The translations under genes and the position numbers were made by a program. A DNA stretch of 64,000 nt from a virus: IMG/VR virus record IMGVR_UViG_3300047550_003635, one strand, 5' to 3'. The notes under the pieces were generated by a model that was given only the letters and a program-made list of their open reading frames with translations, was not told the origin of the DNA and did no database searches. Shown in pieces: positions 8,608 through 17,907 of the stretch (positions within the stretch are counted from its first letter, which is position 1; every line of letters begins with the position of its first letter).

Positions 8608-9147
8608 ATGCGTAACGCTGTTTTAATAAGCGTCATTATGATTATGACAATTTTAGGCGCAAGTTTTTTTATGGCAGAAAAATCTTTTTATTATTTGCCA
8701 TATAAAGTAGTCTATGAGAATTTATCATCACCTACTCAAAAAGAGGTTGAATGTCTTGCAGAAAATATCTATTTTGAATCTGCATATGAACCAAAAGAAG
8801 GAAAAATTGCAGTAGCGTTTGTAACATTGAATAGAGTGAATAAGGGTTTTGCTAATTCTATTTGTGATGTTGTTAAACAAAAGATAAACAATGTATGCCA
8901 ATTTTCTTGGTGGTGTGAAGCGAAGCCATATAGTATTTCTACTAATAAGTCATTGACAAATAACTACAATTCGTTGTATAATGATATTAGAAATTTAGCA
9001 ACTTATGTTTATGTTAATCAAGAAAAAATAAAAGACCCGTCAAAGGGTGCTTTATTCTATCATGCTGATTATGTAAATCCTGGTTGGCCAAATATGAAAA
9101 CGACAGCAAAAATCGGTAGACACATTTTTTACAAAAAGGTATCCTAA
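8608..9147 (+). CDS. SleB-like cell wall hydrolase (Hydrolase_2) with N-terminal membrane anchor
   Basis: CLAENIYFES..E...GK.AVA.VTLNR, CQFSW, GALFYHADYV.P.W, IGRHIFY. Confidence 0.9.
   Translation: MRNAVLISVIMIMTILGASFFMAEKSFYYLPYKVVYENLSSPTQKEVECLAENIYFESAYEPKEGKIAVAFVTLNRVNKGFANSICDVVKQKINNVCQFSWWCEAKPYSISTNKSLTNNYNSLYNDIRNLATYVYVNQEKIKDPSKGALFYHADYVNPGWPNMKTTAKIGRHIFYKKVS
8953..8982 (+). promoter_or_regulatory. intragenic consensus sigma70 promoter
   Basis: TTGACA 8953-8958, 18 bp, TATAAT 8977-8982, inside the hydrolase CDS. Confidence 0.6.
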
Positions 9148-9434
9148 TGGAACAAAATACTACACCCGAAACAACAAAACAACCGTTCATTAAGTTAGAT
9201 TCTACAATTGTTGTTTGCATAATGCTTGTTATAATTTCAATGATTATTGGTTATTGTTATTACTCAATCAAAGACCGTGAAATGATGGCACAGAATATTG
9301 ATACAGCAATTTCAAAGGGTATTGACCCAATGTCAGTTCGTTGTTCATATGCAAAAACTGAAGATACCATTTGTGTGGCTTTTGCGATAACTCACACATC
9401 AACTAATCCTGCAATCGCTATGTCTAAAAAATAA
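9147..9434 (+). CDS. single-pass membrane protein
   Basis: Hydrophobic segment IVVCIMLVIISMIIGYCYY. Confidence 0.65.
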   Translation: MEQNTTPETTKQPFIKLDSTIVVCIMLVIISMIIGYCYYSIKDREMMAQNIDTAISKGIDPMSVRCSYAKTEDTICVAFAITHTSTNPAIAMSKK

Positions 9435-9449
9435 TATTGGAGATTTATT

Positions 9450-9722
9450 ATGAAATTTACTTTTATACTTGAAGATGATACACTTCCTGAAGCACAACGA
9501 AAAATTACTTATCAATTTGAGCAGGATGATTTAGATATGATTCTTGATGAATTTAGTGATTTTATTAGAGGTTGTGGATTTGTTCCTGACGGTCATCTTC
9601 AATTTGTTAATTATGAAAGTAGTGATTTAGAATGTGCATCTGGTCCACTTACAACATTGAAGGCTGATGATTTTCTAAAAGGACCCAAGTCTCTTTCAGA
9701 AGTGACACATAATGCCATCTAA
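9450..9722 (+). CDS. hypothetical protein
   Basis: GGAG SD; F..FIRGCGF motif. Confidence 0.6.
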   Translation: MKFTFILEDDTLPEAQRKITYQFEQDDLDMILDEFSDFIRGCGFVPDGHLQFVNYESSDLECASGPLTTLKADDFLKGPKSLSEVTHNAI

Positions 9723-9936
9723 GGAAGAAATGGCACAATTTGCCAATGCTATTGAAGAAATAGTTTTAAATACAGATTATAACTATCTTGAAGCTATCAC
9801 ATATTATTGTGAAACTACTGGTCTAGAAATTGAAGTAGCGGCGACTTTGATTAATCCAAATCTGAAATCAAAGATTCAGCGAGTTGCTATGGACCATAAT
9901 TTATTGAAAGTTAAAACTTCTCGTCTCCCTATATGA
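9712..9936 (+). CDS. gp33: late transcription coactivator gp33
   Basis: YLEAI..YCE...LEIE.AA.LI...LK.KI...A...NLLK; synteny with gp59 and gp32. Confidence 0.88.
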   Translation: MPSKEEMAQFANAIEEIVLNTDYNYLEAITYYCETTGLEIEVAATLINPNLKSKIQRVAMDHNLLKVKTSRLPI

Positions 9937-10535
9937 TTACTGGTTATGAAGCGTTTGGTTTATATCAAGCACTAAAGTTACATTTTACTACCGAACAGTT
10001 TGATTTTTTCAAGTATAATGGAAAAACAAACATAAGTGTGACATCGTTTGAAAATAGAAAAGACAAATATTTTTTCTATAAACTATCTAGGAAATATAAA
10101 GATAAAAAAGCATTGACTGATTTTATCGTATATAATATGATTGAGGATAGTAAAACTTGGGCAGGTAGTCTTTTGGATGAACAAGCTGAAATTCATTGCA
10201 AAAAACATGAAAAGATAATTCAGTCATTAAGTTATACATTTAAAAATGATTGTGAAACATTGTTTGGTAATTCTATTGACCCAAATGAACATCTTTTGAT
10301 TGGAAATGGTGAGTATCCAACTTTATTAAGAACTGCTTTACATAAAGATATTTGTCTTGAAACTTTTTGCATATTGAACAGACTATTGAATTTTGTTCCT
10401 ATGTGGACAAAGAAAATAAATGATACGATTCATTGGCCACAATTCAGGATGACTGCTTTGAAATATACACCTTTTATTCATGCAGATTTAGATAAATGTA
10501 AAGAAATATTGAGGAATGTTCTAAATGTTAATTAA
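9933..10535 (+). CDS. gp59: helicase loader gp59
   Basis: Y.ALKLHF...FDFFKYNGK...F..RKDKYFF.KL; position in the 33-59-32 cluster. Confidence 0.9.
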   Translation: MITGYEAFGLYQALKLHFTTEQFDFFKYNGKTNISVTSFENRKDKYFFYKLSRKYKDKKALTDFIVYNMIEDSKTWAGSLLDEQAEIHCKKHEKIIQSLSYTFKNDCETLFGNSIDPNEHLLIGNGEYPTLLRTALHKDICLETFCILNRLLNFVPMWTKKINDTIHWPQFRMTALKYTPFIHADLDKCKEILRNVLNVN

Positions 10536-11001
10536 GAAAATATATTTGGATATGGATGGAGTTCTTTGTAATTTTGATAAAAGATACGAAGAACTTTATG
10601 GTAAAAAAACTAAGAATAATTTTCGTAACAATTGGCCAAACTTCATTCAAACAAAACAATTTGAAACTTTGGAATGGATGCCTGGTGCTAGAGTGTTACT
10701 GGACTTTATTGAGTTTTATCCAGTAAAAATTGAAATACTATCTTCATCAGGTGGTAGTGATTATCATGAATATGTTAAAGCACAAAAAGAATTGTGGCTT
10801 TTAAATCATGATATCAATTATTATCCTAATATTGTTCCGGGAAAAGGTTATAAGAAAGTATATGCTAGTCCTGAAAATATTCTGATTGATGATACACAGT
10901 CTATTATTGATGATTTTAATGAAGCAGGCGGTATTGGAATACATCATCAGGATATCGGTAAAACTATCGATTCTTTGAAATATATTCTTGATGTTGACTA
11001 A
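10525..11001 (+). CDS. HAD-family 5'(3')-deoxyribonucleotidase-like protein
   Basis: IYLDMDGVL (DxD) and ILIDD motifs. Confidence 0.85.
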   Translation: MLIKKIYLDMDGVLCNFDKRYEELYGKKTKNNFRNNWPNFIQTKQFETLEWMPGARVLLDFIEFYPVKIEILSSSGGSDYHEYVKAQKELWLLNHDINYYPNIVPGKGYKKVYASPENILIDDTQSIIDDFNEAGGIGIHHQDIGKTIDSLKYILDVD

Positions 11002-11030
11002 ATACTATGATATAATGATTTTGTGGATAA
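10988..11030 (+). promoter_or_regulatory. composite gp32 promoter region (sigma70 + late box + DnaA box)
   Basis: TTGATG 10988, 17 bp, TGn-TATAAT 11011-11016; CTAAATA in the spacer; TGTGGATAA 11022-11030. Confidence 0.7.
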
Positions 11031-11076
11031 GAAATTTATACACCGTTAATACTCCGTTTATACGAAAGGAAATAAT

Positions 11077-11964
11077 ATGAGCAGTTTCGCAAATCTCAAA
11101 CGCAACGCAAGTTCCCTAGAAAAACTAGCCAAAGCAATCGAATCATCAAAGAATCAATCTGAAGGTGGTTCAAAAGATGATAATCGTTTTTGGACTCCCA
11201 CAGTAGATAAAGCAGGAAACGGAATGGCAATCATTCGGTTTCTTCCCGCAGCAGCAGATGATGGTGATGATGCACTTCCATGGGTTCGTATCTTTGGTCA
11301 TGGCTTTCAAGGTCCTGGTGGTTGGTTGATTGATAACTGTTTGACTACCGTAAATGGTAAGTGTCCTGTTTGTGAACATAATTCTACTTTGTGGAATTCT
11401 GGTATCGAAGCAAACAAAGATATCGTTCGCAAACAAAAACGTAAATTGAATTACGTTGCAAATATCTACATCGTTTCAGACCCAGCAAATAAAGAAAACG
11501 AAGGACAAGTTAAATTGTTCAAGTTCGGTAAGAAAATCTTTGATAAGATTACCGAAGCAATGAATCCTGAATTTGCTGATGAAACGCCTTTGAATCCGTT
11601 TGACTTGTGGACTGGTGCAAACTTCAAAGTGAAGATTCGTAATGTTGAGGGTTATCGTAATTATGATAAAAGTGAGTTTGATGCAGTTGGTCCTTTGAAA
11701 AATGATGATGCTGAATTGGAAAAGATTTGGAAATCAGAACACTCGTTGAAAGAGTTTACTGACCCATCTAAATTTAAATCCTATGACCAGATTCGTGCTA
11801 GACTTGATAAAGCATTGGGTTTTGATGGTATGCCAGTCAAGAGCAAAGCCGAAGATGTTGCAGAAAGTATTGACGTTCCTTTTAAAGCAACATCAAGTGT
11901 TAATCTTGCATCCGAAGAAGATGAAGATTTGGACTACTTCAAAGGTCTAGCAAAAGCAGATTAA
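11077..11964 (+). CDS. gp32: single-stranded DNA-binding protein gp32
   Basis: D.RFW...DK.GNG.A.IRFLP, HGFQ, CPVCE, KFGKKIFDKI, acidic C-terminal tail. Confidence 0.97.
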   Translation: MSSFANLKRNASSLEKLAKAIESSKNQSEGGSKDDNRFWTPTVDKAGNGMAIIRFLPAAADDGDDALPWVRIFGHGFQGPGGWLIDNCLTTVNGKCPVCEHNSTLWNSGIEANKDIVRKQKRKLNYVANIYIVSDPANKENEGQVKLFKFGKKIFDKITEAMNPEFADETPLNPFDLWTGANFKVKIRNVEGYRNYDKSEFDAVGPLKNDDAELEKIWKSEHSLKEFTDPSKFKSYDQIRARLDKALGFDGMPVKSKAEDVAESIDVPFKATSSVNLASEEDEDLDYFKGLAKAD

Positions 11965-11987
11965 AACATACTTGATATGTTTTTTAC

Positions 11988-12011
11988 AACCCCACTTCGG
12001 TGGGGTTTTTT
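11988..12011. terminator. intrinsic terminator at the convergence of the + and - operons
   Basis: AACCCCAC-TTCG-GTGGGGTT followed by a T run; cUUCGg tetraloop. Confidence 0.9.
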
Positions 12012-14322
12012 ATGCAGCAGCAGCGGCATAAGAGCCAGCTACATTATTATTTTTAACAATTAAATTTTGTTTTTTAGTTGTGACTACATTATTATTTGTA
12101 GTTGGTGCATTAACAATAATTGGTGTTTGTGGTTTTTGTTGTTGTCTTTGTGCTGCTGATATATCAACAGAATTCGCTGCTATTTTTGAGCCTGAAGAAT
12201 CTAAACCACCTTCAGATTTAGATTCTTTCATTTCTACTGGTTTATCACCAATAGCGATTAAATTAGGTGCACCAGATTTTAATGGGTCGAAAGTTGCTAC
12301 TTCAGCATCTTGATATGAAGATTTTGAACGATGTTCAAAATGTAAATGTGGTCCAGTTCCTATTCCAGTATTACCTAATGTACCGATAATTGTTTTTGGT
12401 GTTACATCATCACCTTTCTTAACATTCATAGAATCTAAATGAGCAAATCTTAAAACCTCTCCATTAATCAAAAGGTCAATCATATTACCATAACCAGTTT
12501 TTGATGTTGCCTCTAAAACTTTACCTGAAGCTAATATTTGAATTGGTGAACCTTTTGGAACACCTGCATAATCTATACCGCCATGAAATATTCTTTCTCC
12601 TTGTTTTGGACCTGCGGGTTGTTTTCTCCATCCATACATAGAAGTTACTTTTGCTTGTCCGCCACTTGTTGGATATTTTGCAGTATCATCACCAGAACCT
12701 TTTGGTTCTTCTTTTTTAGCATCAGTTTGAGTAGTTGTTAAAAATCCACCTGAACCAGTTTGTATTGGTGTTCCTGTTCCTGATGTAACGACATTTGAAG
12801 GTATTCCGGTAACTTCAGGGTCATCTTTAAATAAATCAAAATATTTTTTTCTATCATCTAAACCGTTTAAACCACCATTGACAGCGCGTGTTATTGCTTC
12901 TGTATTACTCCAATCTCCCTTACTTAATTTACTAACTTTACCTGCATTTTTATCGAACCAAAATAATGCGGATTCTGCTGCATATTCAGGTTTTGCTAAT
13001 AATGATGGGTCTGAAATTACATCAACACCAAATTTATCTTTAAATTGCTGATAATTTGTTCTTCCTGTGGTTTGCAAAAAACCTCGGCCTATAAATTTTA
13101 ATCCATCGCCAGGATTAACATTTCCCAAATCTTTTCTACCTTCATATTTTTGAAAATATTTTTCATTTCCCAATTCTTGAGTATGTTTAAATCCACCAGA
13201 TTCGTGTGCAGTTTGTGCTAATATTTGAGCCCTTTGTTTTGGGTCTTTTATACCTTTTTTATCCATCGCATCAATCATCGCTTTTTTACCAGCAGAAAAT
13301 CCGGGTGATGATGGTTTCTTTAAAGGCGCAGTTTCTTTTTTTTCTGCTGTTTTTGGTGCTGTTGCGGGTGCTTCAAATGTTCCAGTTGCACCAGCACCTG
13401 CACTTTTACCACCTTTACCAGTTACGGGCGCTGGTGCACCTTTTTCTTCAGCTTTTTTCGCTTGAGCAGCTTGAGCCTCAGCCCTTTTTTCTTGACTTTT
13501 TTGTTTTGCAGATTTTTTAGCTTCTATAGCATCTCTTGCTTGTTGTGCAGCTTCTTTTTGTTGTTTATCTTCTTCTGCTCTTTTTCTTTTTAATTCTTCA
13601 TTCGCTTTATCACCAGCATCACCAGTTTTCGGTTCTAATTTTGTTCCGAATAATGAACCTACGAATGCAAATTTATCTGCAAACCATTTTCCTATTGAAC
13701 CAAAGAAATTACCTACAGAATCTACAAGGGGTGCTATTAAATCTTGTATTGAGTTAAAGAATCCTTTGACCATTTCTTTGTCGATTAAACCCACTGAAAA
13801 GAATTCTACTATTTGTCCTATTGCACCAACAAAAGCGTCACCTATATTTCCTGTTTCTTGATATGCTTCCCATGCGCCAACAATACCTTGCCAAATTGTT
13901 GTTAATATAAGTAAAGGTAATGCAATTTTACCCAAAACACTTAAAATATTTTTTGGATTAAATAAACCTTTAAAAATATTAAAGATAACATCTTTTGCTT
14001 TTTTAATTGGAGAACTAATTTTATCTCCAATTTTACCAGAAATTTTTTCAAATAAACTTTTCTCTTTTACTTCAGTTTTTTCGACTTTTTGTGGTTTTAA
14101 TTTTTCTTTTTCTTTTTCTAATTCAGCATCTAGTCTTTCTTCACTTTTCCACATTGCGTCTGGTTTATCACGAACTTTACCACCTTCAAGTTTTACCAAC
14201 TTTTGAATGTTGATGCGAGCGACGTTCATATCTCTCGACATCATGTGTAGAGAGATTGAGTGTTTTGCGATAACTCGTAAGAATGTATCGACTAAAGATT
14301 TTTTATTGTCTTGTTCTTCCAT
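12010..14322 (-). CDS. tape-measure/gp29-like protein with GH19 lysozyme-chitinase and M23 peptidase domains
   Basis: Amphipathic/TM N-terminal half; QILAQTAHESGGF, GRGFLQTTGR, ITRAVNGG (GH19); HGGIDY, RFAHL, HLHFE (M23). Confidence 0.8.
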   Translation of the reverse strand: MEEQDNKKSLVDTFLRVIAKHSISLHMMSRDMNVARINIQKLVKLEGGKVRDKPDAMWKSEERLDAELEKEKEKLKPQKVEKTEVKEKSLFEKISGKIGDKISSPIKKAKDVIFNIFKGLFNPKNILSVLGKIALPLLILTTIWQGIVGAWEAYQETGNIGDAFVGAIGQIVEFFSVGLIDKEMVKGFFNSIQDLIAPLVDSVGNFFGSIGKWFADKFAFVGSLFGTKLEPKTGDAGDKANEELKRKRAEEDKQQKEAAQQARDAIEAKKSAKQKSQEKRAEAQAAQAKKAEEKGAPAPVTGKGGKSAGAGATGTFEAPATAPKTAEKKETAPLKKPSSPGFSAGKKAMIDAMDKKGIKDPKQRAQILAQTAHESGGFKHTQELGNEKYFQKYEGRKDLGNVNPGDGLKFIGRGFLQTTGRTNYQQFKDKFGVDVISDPSLLAKPEYAAESALFWFDKNAGKVSKLSKGDWSNTEAITRAVNGGLNGLDDRKKYFDLFKDDPEVTGIPSNVVTSGTGTPIQTGSGGFLTTTQTDAKKEEPKGSGDDTAKYPTSGGQAKVTSMYGWRKQPAGPKQGERIFHGGIDYAGVPKGSPIQILASGKVLEATSKTGYGNMIDLLINGEVLRFAHLDSMNVKKGDDVTPKTIIGTLGNTGIGTGPHLHFEHRSKSSYQDAEVATFDPLKSGAPNLIAIGDKPVEMKESKSEGGLDSSGSKIAANSVDISAAQRQQQKPQTPIIVNAPTTNNNVVTTKKQNLIVKNNNVAGSYAAAAA

Positions 14323-14326
14323 ATTT

Positions 14327-16198
14327 TTACGCTGCTAAAAGTCTTTTTGCCAATTCTGCATCATAAACATCAACTATTGATGGTGATGATTTATCTTCAC
14401 TTAAATTACCAGATGTATTATTTGTTGTAGGTGCGTTTATTACATTTCCTATTTCTGCTGCTGATTCCATTCGCTGTGCTTCTGATAAATCTGAAGATTG
14501 TTGACTTATCTGTGAACCCAAATTAGATGCTTCTGCACTTGATAGTTGTCCGGAATCAGCTTCTTGTGTTGGTGTCATAGTTTGTGCTGATGGACCACCG
14601 GATATTAAACCTTCAGAACCAGCAGCGCCTTCGGAACCAGCAACACTTCCGGTACCAGTAGCACTAACACCTAAACCACCTGAAGCACTGCCACCACTTC
14701 CAGCATCAGCAGCAGTTGGTGTTGATGCTGATGCTGATTCTGCTGATGAAGTTGTTGCTGGTGATGGAGTTGTATCTGTTTTCTTTTCTACTACGTTTGT
14801 TTCACCTGTCATTCCATTAAAAACTTTAACATTATTTTCACTTGGAATTTCAACAATAGATTTATTATCAATTGCTGCAATCATAGCATTCATTTCTTTT
14901 TGATTGCTTGCGTTAAATGGAACACCCTTATACATAAAAGTGTTACCGTTATATGTAACACCTTCTTGTAGTTTAATACTTTCTCCACCAATTAATTGAA
15001 CTTGAGTGGCATCATTTTTTGAAGATTCACTCCATGTTCCTGTTGCGCCTGCGCCACCTGATTTGCCACCTTCACCCTTTACATCTTCGGTTCTTTTAGA
15101 TATTTCATCTGCTTCACTTTTAGGGTCCGATTTGAATGGATACCAAGGACCAACTTCATAACCAAAAACTTTAAATTTTGGTATACCCAAATTGTTCACA
15201 ATCCAATCTTTTATTTTATAATAAACATCTTTGATAGTGTCAATCATTGGTCCAATAAACGATTCAACTTTATCGAATAAGTCCCGTATTGTATCTTTAC
15301 CAAAAAAACCAAAAGATAAAAATTCGACAATTGCGCCAAGACCGCTAATAATTGCTTCTTTTAAACTGCCCGTTTCTTTCCATGCATCAAATGCTGCTGT
15401 TATACCTTTAAATAATGATGCAATTATTGTTCCTATAACAAATATTTTACCAAGTAATTTCAATATTGTCATTGGATTAAGTAATGAAGAAAGTGATTCT
15501 AATAATCCACCTTTAAACATATTCATGATGGAATCTAAAAATCCACCACCACTTTCAGATTCATCTTTTTTTTCTGTTTTCTTTTCTTGTGTTGGAGTAG
15601 TTTTTTTCTTACCCTTATTCAATTCTGCTTCAAGTAGTGCTTCTTTTTCATCAGCACTTTTAAAGTATTTGTCAGCTTCACCACCAAAAGTATTTTTCTT
15701 TTCACCTTTCTTTTTAGGTTTTTTTAAATTCACAAGTTCGACAATATTACGACGAAGAACATTCACATCTCTTGCCATATTATGCAATGATATAGAATTT
15801 TTAGCAATAATTCTTAGATATGAAACTGAATCTTCTGATAAAGATGTTTTTGAATCACCAGAACTTTCTTCGGCATCTTTTTCATCATTCCCTTTTTTTC
15901 TCATCTTTCCCCTCATGTAAGCGGAAAAGATATCATCTCCCTTAAAAAATTCTTTTTTAACGTTTTTACCAAATTTCTTAACACCCTTCATTGAAAAGGT
16001 TTCTTTGATGGATGATATTTTTGATTGAGTTGCACTTGAAAATGCTTCTTTAAAACCAACACCCTGTTCAAGGTTTGATTTTACATTTTGAGCCCAATCA
16101 CCACTATCTCTTGCTCTAAGTGCTGCTCTGAGTTCTTTAGCGTTATTATAACCTAATTCTTTCGCTAAAATTTCTGCAATGGGTTTACTTTTTTGCAT
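14327..16198 (-). CDS. tape-measure/gp29-like protein (paralogue of the downstream gene)
   Basis: Position after gp26/gp51; shares IAK.SISLH.M.RD.NV, GGKS.GAGATGT and NAPTTNN blocks with 12010-14322. Confidence 0.7.
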   Translation of the reverse strand: MQKSKPIAEILAKELGYNNAKELRAALRARDSGDWAQNVKSNLEQGVGFKEAFSSATQSKISSIKETFSMKGVKKFGKNVKKEFFKGDDIFSAYMRGKMRKKGNDEKDAEESSGDSKTSLSEDSVSYLRIIAKNSISLHNMARDVNVLRRNIVELVNLKKPKKKGEKKNTFGGEADKYFKSADEKEALLEAELNKGKKKTTPTQEKKTEKKDESESGGGFLDSIMNMFKGGLLESLSSLLNPMTILKLLGKIFVIGTIIASLFKGITAAFDAWKETGSLKEAIISGLGAIVEFLSFGFFGKDTIRDLFDKVESFIGPMIDTIKDVYYKIKDWIVNNLGIPKFKVFGYEVGPWYPFKSDPKSEADEISKRTEDVKGEGGKSGGAGATGTWSESSKNDATQVQLIGGESIKLQEGVTYNGNTFMYKGVPFNASNQKEMNAMIAAIDNKSIVEIPSENNVKVFNGMTGETNVVEKKTDTTPSPATTSSAESASASTPTAADAGSGGSASGGLGVSATGTGSVAGSEGAAGSEGLISGGPSAQTMTPTQEADSGQLSSAEASNLGSQISQQSSDLSEAQRMESAAEIGNVINAPTTNNTSGNLSEDKSSPSIVDVYDAELAKRLLAA

Positions 16199-16402
16199 TT
16201 ATTTTTTTCTTGTCTGTTTTTGTAATTCTATTCTTTCTTTTTCTTTTTTCAAATAGTCTACCAAAAGACCAACATAAATTGTTCTTTCCCATGGAATCAT
16301 ATTTTCAAGTTCAGTCAGACTATATTTGTGATGCTGCATCAACGCAAAATTAGTCTGATAGTAATTACTCAGAGTATCATAACGAACAACTAGCCGAAAA
16401 AA
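16199..16402 (-). CDS. gp51: gp51-like baseplate hub assembly segment (first ATG at 16339; frame open upstream into the gp26 end)
   Basis: Hand translation YDTLSNYYQTNFALMQHHKYSLTELENMIPWERTIYVGLL...; missing from the ORF track. Confidence 0.85.
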   Translation of the reverse strand, partial: FFRLVVRYDTLSNYYQTNFALMQHHKYSLTELENMIPWERTIYVGLLVDYLKKEKERIELQKQTRKK

Positions 16403-17127
16403 TTTTCTATGCCTTTAATAGTAAGTTTTTCAGCATATTCACATTTATTACATTTAAATTCAACTTCTTTTTTTAATTCAGGAACAGTCTCAAAGAATTT
16501 TTGTATTTTTTCTAAATTTCTTTGCTGGAGATTATCAACAAATTCACGAAGTTCTTCTTTTGTTGAATCTTTCGCATAATAAATTTGGTCTTTATCGTAT
16601 AAGTAATCAATACAATCCGTTAGAATTTCCAACATTACATCACCAGACTCTTTACCCTCATATTTTTCAATCATTTCAAATGTAGGATATTTTAAACAAA
16701 TACCTAGATTTTCTGTCAATTGAAATTTATTTGAGTGTTCTGGATTTACTATTGGTTTGATATCCAATAAATTCACATCAAATTCAACGACATTATTACA
16801 TTTCTTATCATCACCTTTGTCGTCTTTACCCACAATATTATTACACTTATATTTTAAGTTTACTATTTCTTCCACAGACCTTGCACGAAGATTTACGAAA
16901 ACATATTCTAAATCAAATACAGGTAAATCATCGATATTGATATCATCAAGAATACAATTTTTTAATACTTGTTTGATTACATTTATTGTTTCTTTAGGGT
17001 CAGGTGATTCTGAGGCCATAAAAAACAATTTCTGTTCTTTTACAAGAAATGGACGAAATCTTATAGATTTTCCTGTCGAAATTAATTTCAACTCATATGT
17101 TGGTACATCTATTTTTGGTAATGACAT
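16390..17127 (-). CDS. gp26: baseplate hub assembly protein gp26
   Basis: MSLPKI..PTY.L, RPFLVKEQK, FD.EY.F..LRARSV.E, Cys pairs, ends GIENFFG. Confidence 0.9.
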   Translation of the reverse strand: MSLPKIDVPTYELKLISTGKSIRFRPFLVKEQKLFFMASESPDPKETINVIKQVLKNCILDDINIDDLPVFDLEYVFVNLRARSVEEIVNLKYKCNNIVGKDDKGDDKKCNNVVEFDVNLLDIKPIVNPEHSNKFQLTENLGICLKYPTFEMIEKYEGKESGDVMLEILTDCIDYLYDKDQIYYAKDSTKEELREFVDNLQQRNLEKIQKFFETVPELKKEVEFKCNKCEYAEKLTIKGIENFFG

Positions 17128-17145
17128 AATATCCTCACGTTAAAG

Positions 17146-17907
17146 TTATAGTGTTAGTGCTGTGCCTATAGGTAATAATCTTGAAGCTGCTGAACCAAAT
17201 AACGCCGTAGCCGCTTCTCCAAGATTATAGTTACCGTTATATAATGTTTTGTATTTTTGATAAGCGAATTGAACACCCAATCGATGAAAACCTTCTTCAC
17301 CCCAATTTAGTGCTTGAGATGCTATTCCTATAGGGAATGCATCTATTAATTCAACCGCATATATTTGTTTTATAAAATCATCATATTGAATTATTTTTAT
17401 ATTTGTCAGATATCTTGAATTTTCACCTTTGGCATATCTGACGTTGTTTGTATCAGATGGATGAATTGCTTCCATCCATCTATCAAATAATTTTCTTTCA
17501 TAAAAGTCGTTTGTGCATAAAAAAGTTAGATTTGTATCACCATATACACTTTGATATGGCACTTTAAAAATTGGTCCATAAATTTTTACATCAGCAGTTT
17601 GTAATGTTCTGCCTGGTAATTCGGCTGATTCACACTGTAAAGACAAATAACGTGATAGAGAACCCGTTGTTGTCGATTTAGCATCACTGTTTTGTGCGTC
17701 TTTAGCACCACCCACAGCAGAAGTTATGGCATCAGTGACATCAGTAAAAATGGAATTTGGAAAATTTAATATTTTTTCTATAATTGAATTACCTATAGAA
17801 TTATTAACTACATTTGGAATTGGTAATATTACTTGAAAACGACATGGTTTTGCAAGTCCATCTTTGCCGCGTATATTTGATAGGAACAGATTGGGTGAAA
17901 ACGACAT
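17146..17907 (-). CDS. baseplate tail-tube initiator (gp54/gp19-like fold)
   Basis: G.AKP.RF.V, CESAELPGR, F..WM, AFPI..., V.FAY tube-fold motifs. Confidence 0.75.
   Translation of the reverse strand: MSFSPNLFLSNIRGKDGLAKPCRFQVILPIPNVVNNSIGNSIIEKILNFPNSIFTDVTDAITSAVGGAKDAQNSDAKSTTTGSLSRYLSLQCESAELPGRTLQTADVKIYGPIFKVPYQSVYGDTNLTFLCTNDFYERKLFDRWMEAIHPSDTNNVRYAKGENSRYLTNIKIIQYDDFIKQIYAVELIDAFPIGIASQALNWGEEGFHRLGVQFAYQKYKTLYNGNYNLGEAATALFGSAASRLLPIGTALTL

Noticed and set aside
8608-9434. Hydrolase + membrane protein as a lysis cassette (endolysin/holin/spanin)
   Set aside because: No lipoprotein o-spanin or clear holin topology was seen, so the lysis role is unsupported.
12080-17143. Plus-strand ORFs opposite the tape-measure and gp26 genes, and similar antisense ORFs elsewhere in the track
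   Set aside because: They lie on the opposite strand of well-supported genes and have no recognisable motifs.
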